The notes: a model not told the origin generated them from the letters alone. A stretch of 64,000 nucleotides of DNA from Candidatus Phycocordibacter aenigmaticus (GCA_045401115.1 CP174359.1:355247-419246), one strand, 5' to 3'; positions 47,931 to 57,197 are shown, counted from the first letter of the stretch. A program made the numbers and translations.

Positions 47931-48917
47931 ATGTTTGGCCTAGAAATGACTATTATCTGGATGATTCTAGGTTTTCTCTTCGCTGCCTATTCTGTTATTG
48001 GCAATGACAGCATTCAGACGTTGGGGACATTCATTGCCTCCAACCAAAAAACCAAATGGTATTACCTCTGGGCCTTCTCGGCCCTTATTTTAATTGTGAC
48101 GCTTTCCATAAGTTTCTTCGCCAATAATGGTGACATTGCGTCGGGTAGGCTTGCAAAAATTCCATTCGTTGAGATTCAGTGGTATCACGCTCTGGCACCG
48201 CTCGGGTTAGTTCTTTTGACACGTTTCGGTATTCCGGCTTCAACCTCGCTCTTGGTATTGAGCGCCTTCGCTTCTTCGATGGTCTTCAGTAGCATCTTGC
48301 TGAAGTCGGCGTTAGGGTATGCTATTGCCGCAGTAGTCGCGTATGTGCTCTGGATTATTATCTACCGTTGGGATAATAAAAAGAATCCCATCGCAAAGAA
48401 TAAAGAAAAATTGTGGCGAGTCTTTCAGTGGATGGCGACAGGATTCCTTTGGTATACCTGGCTTTCGCACGACATTGCCAACATCGCTGTATTCTTGCCG
48501 CGCGAATTGAATCTCTGGCAGTTCGGCGCTGTGTTGGCGGTGTTTGTGGTTGGTCTTGCCTACATTATGTATAACCGTGGTGGCAAGATACAGAACATTG
48601 TTCTTGAGAAGAGTAATACCAACTACCTGCGCAGTGCCACACTCATTGATCTTACGTTCGGTATTATCCTGCTTGTGTTCAAAGAGATGAACAATATACC
48701 CATGTCTACGACCTGGGTATTTATTGGTCTCCTCAGTGGTCGGGAGCTGGCGATGTATTCGCGCATCGTGGAATATAAACTCAAGCATGTATTCCCGATC
48801 GTGGGGAAAGACTTACTCCGACTCTTATTCGGTTTAGCCATTTCCATTCTTATTGCTTTTGCTATACAGCATGCAACCGCTATTGGTGCGTTTGTAAATC
48901 TTGTTTTTGCCGGGTAG
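47931..48917 (+). CDS. PiT-family inorganic phosphate/anion permease (putative)
   Basis: GNDSIQTLGT and GIPASTS / PMSTTWVF repeats matching PiT GANDVAN and GxPxSTTH motifs. Confidence 0.55.
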   Translation: MFGLEMTIIWMILGFLFAAYSVIGNDSIQTLGTFIASNQKTKWYYLWAFSALILIVTLSISFFANNGDIASGRLAKIPFVEIQWYHALAPLGLVLLTRFGIPASTSLLVLSAFASSMVFSSILLKSALGYAIAAVVAYVLWIIIYRWDNKKNPIAKNKEKLWRVFQWMATGFLWYTWLSHDIANIAVFLPRELNLWQFGAVLAVFVVGLAYIMYNRGGKIQNIVLEKSNTNYLRSATLIDLTFGIILLVFKEMNNIPMSTTWVFIGLLSGRELAMYSRIVEYKLKHVFPIVGKDLLRLLFGLAISILIAFAIQHATAIGAFVNLVFAG

Positions 48918-49014
48918 TAACACTCCCGTCGAGGAAATTTCTGGATATGGTCCACTGAACCAACTTTCTGAACTTTATACAGACCGTAGCGGTGTTGCTA
49001 TGAGTATCCAAAGG

Positions 49015-49578
49015 TTAGAGATTTTTCAATCGATTAAAGATGTTAAGAAATAGTTCGTCTCCGAAACTAGTATCAGTGTGATTTTCAGGATGGAATTGAA
49101 GTGCATAGATTGGTCGCGTTTTGTGTCGTATTACTTCTGGTCCATGATCGGACTCGGCAAGCACCTCAAACTCAGCTGGTAGCTCGCCTGTACCCCAACG
49201 ATGGTTTTCAAATGCTTGGAATGTTGGTGTTCTGTAAAATAACTCGAGATCTTTTAAAACATGTATTTGAACAGTTCCAATTTCGTGTTCATCAAGTTTT
49301 TTTAGAACCCCTCCTAAAGCATGAATAATAAGTTCATAACCAAAACAGATACCAATGATAGGTTTTGTAGTGTTTTGTATAAATTCAATTTCGGCTTTGT
49401 ATTTCTCCTCGTTACCGTAGAGTGGTCCCAAACTACTTCCTGAAAGCACAACTACATCAGCATCTTCCGTATTTTTTTCAGAAAATGCATCAAAGCAAAG
49501 TACCGATTCTTCACCAGGGATAAGTTGCTTTAACTTTTCTTGAAGTGTCGTGCCGTTATCTACTAGAAGGACATTCAT
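49015..49578 (-). CDS. Class I glutamine amidotransferase (stand-alone GATase1)
   Basis: GICFGYEL nucleophile elbow, LQFHPE motif. Confidence 0.75.
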   Translation of the reverse strand: MNVLLVDNGTTLQEKLKQLIPGEESVLCFDAFSEKNTEDADVVVLSGSSLGPLYGNEEKYKAEIEFIQNTTKPIIGICFGYELIIHALGGVLKKLDEHEIGTVQIHVLKDLELFYRTPTFQAFENHRWGTGELPAEFEVLAESDHGPEVIRHKTRPIYALQFHPENHTDTSFGDELFLNIFNRLKNL

Positions 49579-49654
49579 TTTTCTATTTTCTCATGGTTCG
49601 GAAACCTTTCTTTCTCTAAAATTGAAAAAGGCCGGCTAAACCATGAAAAATTTG

Positions 49655-49726
49655 TGACCCCACGGGGAATCGAACCCCGATTTTAAGCTTGAAAAGCTCA
49701 CGTCCTAACCGTTAGACGATGGGGCC
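49655..49726 (-). tRNA. tRNA-Glu (anticodon TTC)
   Basis: Reverse complement gives GGCCCCATCGTCTAACGGTTAGGACG, anticodon loop TTTTCAA, GGTTCGATTCCCCG T-arm. Confidence 0.85.
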
Positions 49727-49803
49727 AAAAGTGACCAAAAGGACCTTTAAAATATAGCATTTTGAGCAGAAAATGCTAGGATTTCCTGAGTGAGTTTCTC
49801 ATT

Positions 49804-49887
49804 GGAGGAGTGCCCGGAATTGGTAACGGACCGCTCTCGAAAAGCGGCGCGGGAAACCGCTTGTGGGTTCGAGTCCCATCTCCTCCG
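49804..49887 (+). tRNA. tRNA-Ser (anticodon CGA), class II
   Basis: GGAGGAG acceptor, 3-bp D stem, anticodon loop CTCGAAA, variable arm, GTGGG-TTCGAGT-CCCAT T-arm. Confidence 0.8.
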
Positions 49888-50083
49888 CAAATGTCTAAGA
49901 AGACGCGAGAGCGTCTGATTAGCAACAATTGCGAGAAGGAGATGAGGCGAGAAAGACGGAGGCCGCGAAGCCGTGACGATAGTACACGTGGCCGAGTCCG
50001 GGCAGGAGCCACTTAGTATTTTGTGAGCAAAGCGAGACAAAATAGTTAGTGAGTTGACGCCGAGTCCCATCTCCTCCGCAAAT
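49888..50083 (+). mobile_element. tRNA-Ser(CGA)-flanking structured element C, ending in a 23-nt direct repeat of the tRNA 3' end
   Basis: CGAGTCCCATCTCCTCCGCAAAT at 49871-49893 and 50061-50083; GNRA hairpin 49901-49916; 16-mer CGAGTCCGGGCAGGAG 49993-50008. Confidence 0.5.
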
Positions 50084-50395
50084 TGTTATACTGAAAAAAT
50101 GAAATCGTTAGTGAAATATAGTCCTGGAATAATTTTGAGTATTTGGCCCTTTTTTGTCATAAACGAACTAGGGATTGGAGTCGTTGCTCTGGTTCTTATA
50201 AATTTTTGGATAGGAATTGGTGTTGGGGAATATATTGCTTCACATGAGTGAAGTAGAAAAAATGAAACCTAGATTTAATTACAACTCCACCAACTACAGT
50301 TTGCTGTAAAAGTGAGTGAAAGGGGACATCTCCATAAAACCAAAATTTACTAACACACCTCCACATAGAAAGTGTAAATGTCGAAAGCGGTAGTA

Positions 50396-50632
50396 TTATC
50401 GCTTTAATAACGCACCAGCAGATGCTGTTGCACCAAGTATAAATAGAAACGAGAATAGGTCGTCAATGTCATTATAAATTCCTGCCTCATGAAGTGCCTC
50501 AAAGATACCTAACTTACCGCCGGTTGAACTATCAATTGCGCCAAGAGAAAAAGCGCCAAAAGTTCCTGTAAGTAAAACATTACCAATAGATCTTCTTACA
50601 TGAGAGCCTTCGTTGTTGTTTACGTGTTCCAT
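50396..50632 (-). CDS. Hypothetical small protein
   Basis: 78-aa ORF, Gly/Ala-rich hydrophobic stretches. Confidence 0.35.
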   Translation of the reverse strand: MEHVNNNEGSHVRRSIGNVLLTGTFGAFSLGAIDSSTGGKLGIFEALHEAGIYNDIDDLFSFLFILGATASAGALLKR

Positions 50633-50710
50633 GTTTTTCTTGGTTATCTACTATAATTTCATAGTACCATTCTCGTTGATATTGTGTAGCGTCACACCTA
50701 TAAACGGCTC

Positions 50711-50740
50711 AATGCATTGAGCCGTTTATTACACACCCTT
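50711..50740. repeat. AAACGGCTCA palindromic hairpin (family copy 4) in a divergent intergenic region
   Basis: ATAAACGGCTCA-ATGCAT-TGAGCCGTTTAT. Confidence 0.7.
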
Positions 50741-50759
50741 TTCACGTATACTGGAGTGT

Positions 50760-51389
50760 ATGAAAGAAGGGGACATTAAAAAGGCGCTTAAACACCTTAA
50801 AAAAGATACGCATTTAGCACCGCTTGTTACTAAGTATGGCGCACCGGATTTGCATTGGGGGCAGAAACGTCGATCAGCATTCCAGGCGTTGATAAAAGCG
50901 ATTATTTTTCAACAACTTTCAGGAAAGGCGGCACATACCATATTGAAACGGTTCCTCGCGCTCTATAATGGGCGTTTTCCAAGCCCTAAACGTCTCTCTG
51001 AGACGAGTATAGAGGATTTACGGTCTGTGGGTGTCTCAGGGCAAAAAGCTAGTTATCTGCACGATTTAGCGGCGAAGTTTATAAATGGCACAGTGAACCC
51101 ACGCAGATTCCGTGTCATGTCAGATGAAGAGGTGTTTGAGCATGTGGTGGCAGTAAAAGGGGTGGGGCCGTGGACGACCGATATGTTTCTTATGTTCACG
51201 CTTGGCAGGCCCGATATATTGCCAACAGGGGATTTAGGTATTCAAAACGGTTTTAAAAAACTTTTCAAACTGAAAGAGCGTCCAACACCAGAGAAGATGC
51301 AAGAACGTGCTAAACAGTGGCGCCCGTATCGCACCATTGCGTGCTGGTACCTATGGCGATTGGCGGATGAGAATAACTCAAGTCGTTAA
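50760..51389 (+). CDS. DNA-3-methyladenine glycosylase II-like (AlkA family, HhH-GPD)
   Basis: HhH-GPD motif VKGVGPWTTDMFLMF...D. Confidence 0.75.
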   Translation: MKEGDIKKALKHLKKDTHLAPLVTKYGAPDLHWGQKRRSAFQALIKAIIFQQLSGKAAHTILKRFLALYNGRFPSPKRLSETSIEDLRSVGVSGQKASYLHDLAAKFINGTVNPRRFRVMSDEEVFEHVVAVKGVGPWTTDMFLMFTLGRPDILPTGDLGIQNGFKKLFKLKERPTPEKMQERAKQWRPYRTIACWYLWRLADENNSSR

Positions 51390-51390
51390 G

Positions 51391-52314
51391 CTAATGAGCT
51401 TTTAAAAACAGATAGATATCTTCGAGTGCTTTTACCGCATCGCCGGCGGCAATATTGTTTTGGTGGTAAAGACCGTTAGTACAATCACCGGCTGCCCAGA
51501 CACCTGCGACAGAGGCACGCTGCGTTTTACAATCAACAACAATACGTTTAACTTCATCACGCTCCACGACTCCTTCAAACATATCGGTATTTGGTACAAA
51601 ACCAATTTCAACAAAGATACCGCTCACGTTCAACGTGTGCTCTTCACCAGTGTTTGTGTCTTTGTATTTCAGACCAGTTACGAATTTTTCTCCCATAACT
51701 TCGGTCGTCTCAGCATTCGTGATTCCGGTCATATTCTCGTGAGCGAGAACATTCTTAACAGTTATCGGGTCAGCAACATATTCATCCCGTCGTTGAAGGA
51801 GTGTGACTGATTTAGCGTAGGCGAGCAGTTGTGCTGCTGTTTCAAAACCGGCGTTCCCGCCACCGATAACCGCAACGTCTTGCCCAGAGAAAAGCGGACC
51901 GTCACATGATGCACAGTAGGTGAGGCCTTTATTATCAAATTCTTTAGCACCTGGCACATCGAGTTTACGACGTGAACCACCAGCGGTCATGAGCACTGTT
52001 TTCCCAACGACTGTTTTTTCATCACGAGTGCATACCGCAAAATGCCCATCTTGTTTTGTTACTTTTGTTACGCGGTCACCAACAGTGATATCAACCATAT
52101 CCTTCGCATATTCGCGCACATGTTCTTCAAGCTTCTTTGCAAGGTCAACGCCTGAAATGTGTTTTTCACCAATCCAGTTTTCAATGTCTTCAGACACGAT
52201 ACTTTGTCCGCCAAATTCTTCGGTAATGAGTGCGGTTTTAAGTTGCTTGCGGGCGGCATATACCGCAGCAGCGCTGCCTGCCGGACCGCCACCAATAATA
52301 ATTAAATCGTACAT
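51391..52314 (-). CDS. trxB: Thioredoxin reductase
   Basis: IIGGGPAGSAAA FAD motif, CASCDG redox CxxC, VIGGGNAG NADPH motif; upstream in-frame extension to 52431 probably not translated. Confidence 0.9.
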   Translation of the reverse strand: MYDLIIIGGGPAGSAAAVYAARKQLKTALITEEFGGQSIVSEDIENWIGEKHISGVDLAKKLEEHVREYAKDMVDITVGDRVTKVTKQDGHFAVCTRDEKTVVGKTVLMTAGGSRRKLDVPGAKEFDNKGLTYCASCDGPLFSGQDVAVIGGGNAGFETAAQLLAYAKSVTLLQRRDEYVADPITVKNVLAHENMTGITNAETTEVMGEKFVTGLKYKDTNTGEEHTLNVSGIFVEIGFVPNTDMFEGVVERDEVKRIVVDCKTQRASVAGVWAAGDCTNGLYHQNNIAAGDAVKALEDIYLFLKAH

Positions 52315-52486
52315 AGTGTTATCGGCATCTGTGTTGTTTGTAGGCATAGGTTGAGTGGTAAGAGTGTCTTTAATATCATGCATTACTGGTGTGTGTGGTT
52401 TTTTCTTCTCTAACACATGAGCGCTATGCATAAATAAACGAAAGTGGTGAATAATTCTTAAATTTTAACAGAGAAACAGTAAAACA

Positions 52487-52514
52487 AAAAACACCGCGCG
52501 GGCGGTGCTTTTTT
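52487..52514 (-). terminator. Rho-independent terminator downstream of ftsZ
   Basis: AAAAACACCGC-GCGG-GCGGTGCTTTTTTG. Confidence 0.65.
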
Positions 52515-52533
52515 GAATAAAAACTAAGAGATG

Positions 52534-53748
52534 TTAACTTTTGCGATTACGTCGCAAAAATGCAGGCACAGCACCCCAATCATCGTCATCTTCGTCTGTT
52601 ACTGGCTTTGGTCGGGTACCTTTCTTTTCATCAGCGCTTGATGTTTTCTCAGCGTTCTCTTCAGCATCTACTTCAGGAAGAGCGGTGTTATAAATACGCC
52701 CTGTCTCTTCTTTCACTTCTTCACTTTTTTCCTCTTTCTTGGGTGTCCCTCCCATTTGGAAGAGTGGAGTACCGCTCTGTCGGTTCATTGATTCTTCAGG
52801 AAAACCGGTTGCGATTACCGTTACCCGAATTTCACCGCGTTTCAGTTGCTCATCTTTAGAAGTACCAAAGATAACTTTTGCATTTTTATCAATACTATCG
52901 GTAACAATTTGTGCGGCTGCTTGTACCTCAAGAAGTCCCAAATCTTCACCGCCGGCAATAGAAAGCAAGACTCCTTTAGCTCCGGTAATTGAAATATCAA
53001 GTAGTGGTGAGTTAATGGCTGCTCGTGCTGCCTCTTCTGCACGCTTTTCACCACTGGCGATACCAACACCCATAAGAGCGCTACCGGCATCTTCCATAAT
53101 TGCTTTAATGTCAGCAAAGTCGAGGTTGATATTACCTGGTGTGGTGATGAGGTCAGACACACCTTCTACGGCTTGGCGGAGTACTTCGTCACACATAGCG
53201 AAAGCACTCTTTACTGTAGTGTTTTGATCAACCACTGCAAGAAGGCGATCATTAGGGATAATAATCAGCGCATCAACTTCTTTACGAAGTTCTTCGAGAC
53301 CACTTTCAGCAAGACGTTGACGTTGCTGTCCTTCAAAAGAGAATGGGCGAGTGACCACTGCTACGGTCAATGCTCCGGTTTCTTTTGCCATTCGTGCGAC
53401 AACAGGAGCTGCGCCGGTACCAGTGCCACCACCCATACCTCCGGCGATGAATACCATATCAGAGCCGCGGAGAGAGTCTTGGATTTCTGCTTGTGTTTCT
53501 TCGGCAGCACGTTTACCGATTTCCGGATTCATTCCGGCACCGAGTCCACGTGTTAAATTTTTACCAATATGAATTTTTGTTTTCGCAAGTGATTTTTGTA
53601 AGTCTTGCGCATCCGTATTGATAACTAAAAAGTCCACCCCTTTTACTTTTGAGGTGACCATATGGTTTACCGCATTCGCTCCTGAACCACCAACACCGAC
53701 AACGCGGATACGTGCTGCTGATTCCAATTCTTGATGTACCTGAGGCAT
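52534..53748 (-). CDS. ftsZ: Cell division GTPase FtsZ
   Basis: GGGTGTGAAPVVA tubulin signature, acidic C-terminal tail. Confidence 0.95.
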   Translation of the reverse strand: MPQVHQELESAARIRVVGVGGSGANAVNHMVTSKVKGVDFLVINTDAQDLQKSLAKTKIHIGKNLTRGLGAGMNPEIGKRAAEETQAEIQDSLRGSDMVFIAGGMGGGTGTGAAPVVARMAKETGALTVAVVTRPFSFEGQQRQRLAESGLEELRKEVDALIIIPNDRLLAVVDQNTTVKSAFAMCDEVLRQAVEGVSDLITTPGNINLDFADIKAIMEDAGSALMGVGIASGEKRAEEAARAAINSPLLDISITGAKGVLLSIAGGEDLGLLEVQAAAQIVTDSIDKNAKVIFGTSKDEQLKRGEIRVTVIATGFPEESMNRQSGTPLFQMGGTPKKEEKSEEVKEETGRIYNTALPEVDAEENAEKTSSADEKKGTRPKPVTDEDDDDWGAVPAFLRRNRKS

Positions 53749-53916
53749 GGCTAAATATATCTAAATTATCGATTAATATCGTCTGGCATTCATCATACTT
53801 GCTATGACCGGTAAAGTAAAATGCTTGACTTTTATTTTATATATTGTGTGTTTTATCTCACATTATTATGCGGGAATGTATAGAAACGTACTACATCGTA
53901 AACTTGCAGGAGTGAT

Positions 53917-54114
53917 ATGATAAAACGTATGGATTATTACACAGCTGCTGAATCGGCTCATGAATCAGGAGACACAATTCGAATGCTAGAGGAATTTTTT
54001 CAAGAATTTCGTGACGGCTTAGATGAATTAAATCTCGAACATGTTCCACTGATTATTTCGCTTGTTGCCGCTTTCTCTGTTCTTTTATGGATCACAGAAA
54101 AATCAGATAAATAA
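53917..54114 (+). CDS. Hypothetical small membrane protein
   Basis: 65-aa ORF with C-terminal TM; weak. Confidence 0.25.
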   Translation: MIKRMDYYTAAESAHESGDTIRMLEEFFQEFRDGLDELNLEHVPLIISLVAAFSVLLWITEKSDK

Positions 54115-54128
54115 CAACGAGTTGTATT

Positions 54129-55298
54129 TTAAGGAAGAAATTGTTTAAAGAATGAACTAATAGTGTCACCAAGTTTTTCAAACGTATTACGTAATGCTGA
54201 GCGCTCAGCTGATTCTCCTGTAAGACCCCAAATAGTAAGACCGTAGGCAACGGCCCAAGTAGAGTCTTTTATTTTTCCACCCTGCGCATTATTGAGTAGT
54301 GCAGTTTTTGAAGGAAGTTTCAGTGCCGCTTCAGCAATATCTTTTACTGGTCCAATGCCGCTGCCGCCGCCAGAGAGAATAATACCGGCAGGTAAGAGGC
54401 GATCTTTCTCTAACTTTTTCAGGTGTGCATCGATGAGCTCAAAAATATCTGTAAGACGTGCCGAAAGGATGTCATCAAATCTTTTCTTAGGAAATGAACT
54501 ACTGATTACGGCACCCAATTTTAATTGTTCTGCTTCTTCAAGAGAAATACGTAAACCAAGTGCAATATCTTTCGTAATATCCATTGAACCAATTTTAAAC
54601 ACTTTTACGGATATCGGTGCACTGTTTTCAAAAATAACAATTGAAACCGTTTCAGCGCCAATGTTAGCCAGTACACACCCCGCACGTTTTTCGGCATTAG
54701 TGACTGTAACAATTGACCCGGCAAGTGGAGACGCCATAGTGTCACCAACTGAAATATCAGCATTCTCGACCGCCTCTATCAGGTCATTCATATGTTGTTC
54801 AAGGCAGGTAACAAAAAGTGTTTCAACTGAGAGTTTAGACCCTTTCATCCCTTGTGGTCGTCCCAACACCTCACCGCCATCAATGGTGTACCCCATAGGG
54901 ATAGTGTGGAGTATGTGGCGATTCATTAGACGGCCATTAATTGATTCTTGTGCGTTATTGACCGCACGTTCTACGTCAAGATCAGTCACTTCACCATCAG
55001 CACGCGCAATGACGGTTTCTCCACGTGAACGTACCTCGTCAAGTCCAATGCCGCCAATAGATAAAAATGCGCTGCGAATTTTTACGCCAGCCGCTTCTTC
55101 TGCTTGTTGCGCAGCGCTGCGTATAGCACGAGTCACATCGCCAATATTCATAATATAGCCATGCCGTAAACCTTTACTTTCCGTAAAGCCGGTGCCGATT
55201 ACCTTTGGGGCACCACCACGCCCATCACCTTCGCGAGATACGACTACACGAACTTGAGAGGTGCCAACGTCAATTCCTACTGCGATTCTGTTTTTCAT
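54129..55298 (-). CDS. ftsA: Cell division protein FtsA (actin-like ATPase)
   Basis: GIDVGTSQVRVVV phosphate-1 motif, actin fold. Confidence 0.85.
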   Translation of the reverse strand: MKNRIAVGIDVGTSQVRVVVSREGDGRGGAPKVIGTGFTESKGLRHGYIMNIGDVTRAIRSAAQQAEEAAGVKIRSAFLSIGGIGLDEVRSRGETVIARADGEVTDLDVERAVNNAQESINGRLMNRHILHTIPMGYTIDGGEVLGRPQGMKGSKLSVETLFVTCLEQHMNDLIEAVENADISVGDTMASPLAGSIVTVTNAEKRAGCVLANIGAETVSIVIFENSAPISVKVFKIGSMDITKDIALGLRISLEEAEQLKLGAVISSSFPKKRFDDILSARLTDIFELIDAHLKKLEKDRLLPAGIILSGGGSGIGPVKDIAEAALKLPSKTALLNNAQGGKIKDSTWAVAYGLTIWGLTGESAERSALRNTFEKLGDTISSFFKQFLP

Positions 55299-55321
55299 AG
55301 TATAGATAAGTTGGGTGATGT

Positions 55322-55849
55322 TTAGAGAACGGTGGTAGAAGTTACCCCCTCAGTATACGTTGGGTGTGGTATAGAAAATACTTGACACCACCGCTCTTCT
55401 AATTTCTCCATTGTACGCCCATGATCGTAGCCCTTCAAATGTAATAAACCGTGGATAAACACGTACTGTGTATAGTCACGCAGTGTCATGTTAAATTTTT
55501 TTGCTTTACTACGCAGTGTGTGTGGGTTGAGAAAAATTTCTCCTTCTTTTTTATTGAGTGGAAATGCCAGAATGTCGGTTGGCATATCTTTCCCGCGATA
55601 TTTTTTATTAAAAGAGCGCATACGCGTAGTACCAATAAGTACTACTGAGAGTGTGTAACGAGGGCCAAGTATGCGTATCGCAAAATCTTGCAGGGGTAGT
55701 TTGTTTATGAAGCTGCTGGTGCGTCGCGCAACAGTACTCTGCAATGAGTACTGTTCGTTCTTAAAGGTTGGTGTGCGTGTTGGTGACATATCCTGCTTCT
55801 CTCTATAGTAGCAAGCAAAAACAGTATCGTATTGTTTTTTGGCGCTCAA
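55322..55849 (-). CDS. ybeY: rRNA maturation endoribonuclease YbeY
   Basis: HGLLHLKGYDH zinc-binding motif, YRGKDMPTDILAFP. Confidence 0.8.
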   Translation of the reverse strand: MSAKKQYDTVFACYYREKQDMSPTRTPTFKNEQYSLQSTVARRTSSFINKLPLQDFAIRILGPRYTLSVVLIGTTRMRSFNKKYRGKDMPTDILAFPLNKKEGEIFLNPHTLRSKAKKFNMTLRDYTQYVFIHGLLHLKGYDHGRTMEKLEERWCQVFSIPHPTYTEGVTSTTVL

Positions 55850-55871
55850 ACTGTGGGCGCTTTTAATATTA

Positions 55872-55900
55872 AAAAAACACCCACGTCATGTGGGTGTTTC
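55872..55900 (-). terminator. Rho-independent terminator downstream of rpsU
   Basis: AAAAAACACCCA-CGTCATG-TGGGTGTTT. Confidence 0.6.
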
Positions 55901-55913
55901 AAGAGGAGACACT

Positions 55914-56162
55914 TTATCGTCGACGTCCTCCGCGAGTACGCGGTTGGATAAGTCCCATAAGTTCCATTTCTTGACGTTTCTCTTGCTTTGCTAAACGGCG
56001 TAGAGCTGAATCACGACGTTTATTCTTTGAAACAGCTCGCTGGTGGAAGCGGATACCTTTTGCGCGACGCACCACACCAGACCCCTGTACACGCTTACTG
56101 AAGCGGCGGATAAGAGACATGGTGTTCTCCGAACTGTTTTTCTTTACTGATGCACTAATCAT
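55914..56162 (-). CDS. rpsU: 30S ribosomal protein S21 (putative)
   Basis: VKKNSSENTMSLIRRFSKR...GVVRRAK...NKRR resembles the S21 VKVR...ALRRFKR...GVL pattern; adjacent to ybeY. Confidence 0.55.
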   Translation of the reverse strand: MISASVKKNSSENTMSLIRRFSKRVQGSGVVRRAKGIRFHQRAVSKNKRRDSALRRLAKQEKRQEMELMGLIQPRTRGGRRR

Positions 56163-56261
56163 GTAGGCAATTAAAACATGAAGGGTAATAGTTTGCAAGA
56201 CAGCGCTGTAGTTTACGCCTATATTGAGTTCTTAAATATTTTATGGCATAGTCTCCATACT

Positions 56262-56555
56262 ATGAAAAAAGAGAATACGTCTGATGAAATTATTAAGGAC
56301 GCAAATCATGCCTTAAACTGGTGGCATAAAAAAGGTGGATCTGGAGGTGCGCTTGTGGGCGGAATTCTCGGTTTAGGAGCTGGACACGTTAATTTTGAAC
56401 AAATGGTTGGTCTTGATGATGTTTCTCCTCTTGCAGTTATAGCCTTTGGAGTATTTGCTGGTTTCTTTATTGGAAGAACAGTGGGGCCAGAAATTGGTGA
56501 TATTCGCTACGATTTTATTATAGAACCTGTCGAAGACCGACGGTTTAACGATTAA
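56262..56555 (+). CDS. Hypothetical small protein with glycine-zipper TM
   Basis: ORF from an internal Met, GGxxGxxGxG segment. Confidence 0.35.
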   Translation: MKKENTSDEIIKDANHALNWWHKKGGSGGALVGGILGLGAGHVNFEQMVGLDDVSPLAVIAFGVFAGFFIGRTVGPEIGDIRYDFIIEPVEDRRFND

Positions 56556-56560
56556 CGTAC

Positions 56561-56585
56561 ACACCCATGTTTTATGGGTGTGTTA
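56561..56585. terminator. Bidirectional terminator between convergent genes
   Basis: ACACCCAT-GTTTTAT-GGGTGTGTT. Confidence 0.55.
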
Positions 56586-57194
56586 TGTCACACTCTTTAT
56601 ATCCGCAATAACCTCTGGAAAGTTTTCGCCAATGAAATGATGTCGGTCGTCAAAGGTGCGTACCGTTGCTTTGGGGAGTCTTTCTACATATCGCGTGAGA
56701 TGTTCATAAGGGACGACCGGATCATCAGTGCTGTGGTAGAGGAATAGACTATCTACCTGTGTGGCTATGTTATCGAGGTTATCAGGGAGAACAAATTCGC
56801 TGTCTTTATAGCGTGGGTGTTCCTTATCAATATGCGGGGCAGCCACTGAAAAGAAACCGCGTATTTTTTTAGGAATAGTTTCTTCAGCCAGATATTTCAT
56901 TAAAAACAACCCACCAAGAGAATGACCAAGGAGTATTACCCCATCATCAATAAGAGGAATAATATTTTCGAATACCGCTTTCCATTCAATATACCGCGGA
57001 GCATCTTTAAACGGCATGCGCGGTGAGAGCACGTCGTACTCATGTCCGAGTGTTTTTTGTAGGTTACCGCGCCAACTTTGTTTTGACCGTAAGCGGTCAA
57101 GAGTTATTTCTTTATTTTTAATTTCTTTAAGAAACGCATCGCGAGAATAGCCAATAAATTCACCTCCACCATGTATGGACAGAACTTGTTGCAT
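56583..57194 (-). CDS. Alpha/beta-hydrolase (YdeN/RBBP9-like serine hydrolase)
   Basis: VILLGHSLGG nucleophile elbow. Confidence 0.65.
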   Translation of the reverse strand: MQQVLSIHGGGEFIGYSRDAFLKEIKNKEITLDRLRSKQSWRGNLQKTLGHEYDVLSPRMPFKDAPRYIEWKAVFENIIPLIDDGVILLGHSLGGLFLMKYLAEETIPKKIRGFFSVAAPHIDKEHPRYKDSEFVLPDNLDNIATQVDSLFLYHSTDDPVVPYEHLTRYVERLPKATVRTFDDRHHFIGENFPEVIADIKSVT

Positions 57195-57197
57195 AGA

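Noticed and set aside
52315-52431. 39-codon N-terminal extension of trxB
   Set aside because: The canonical FAD-binding N-terminus starts at MYDLIIIGGG (52314). The extension has no homology and likely reflects the first in-frame ATG rather than the true start.
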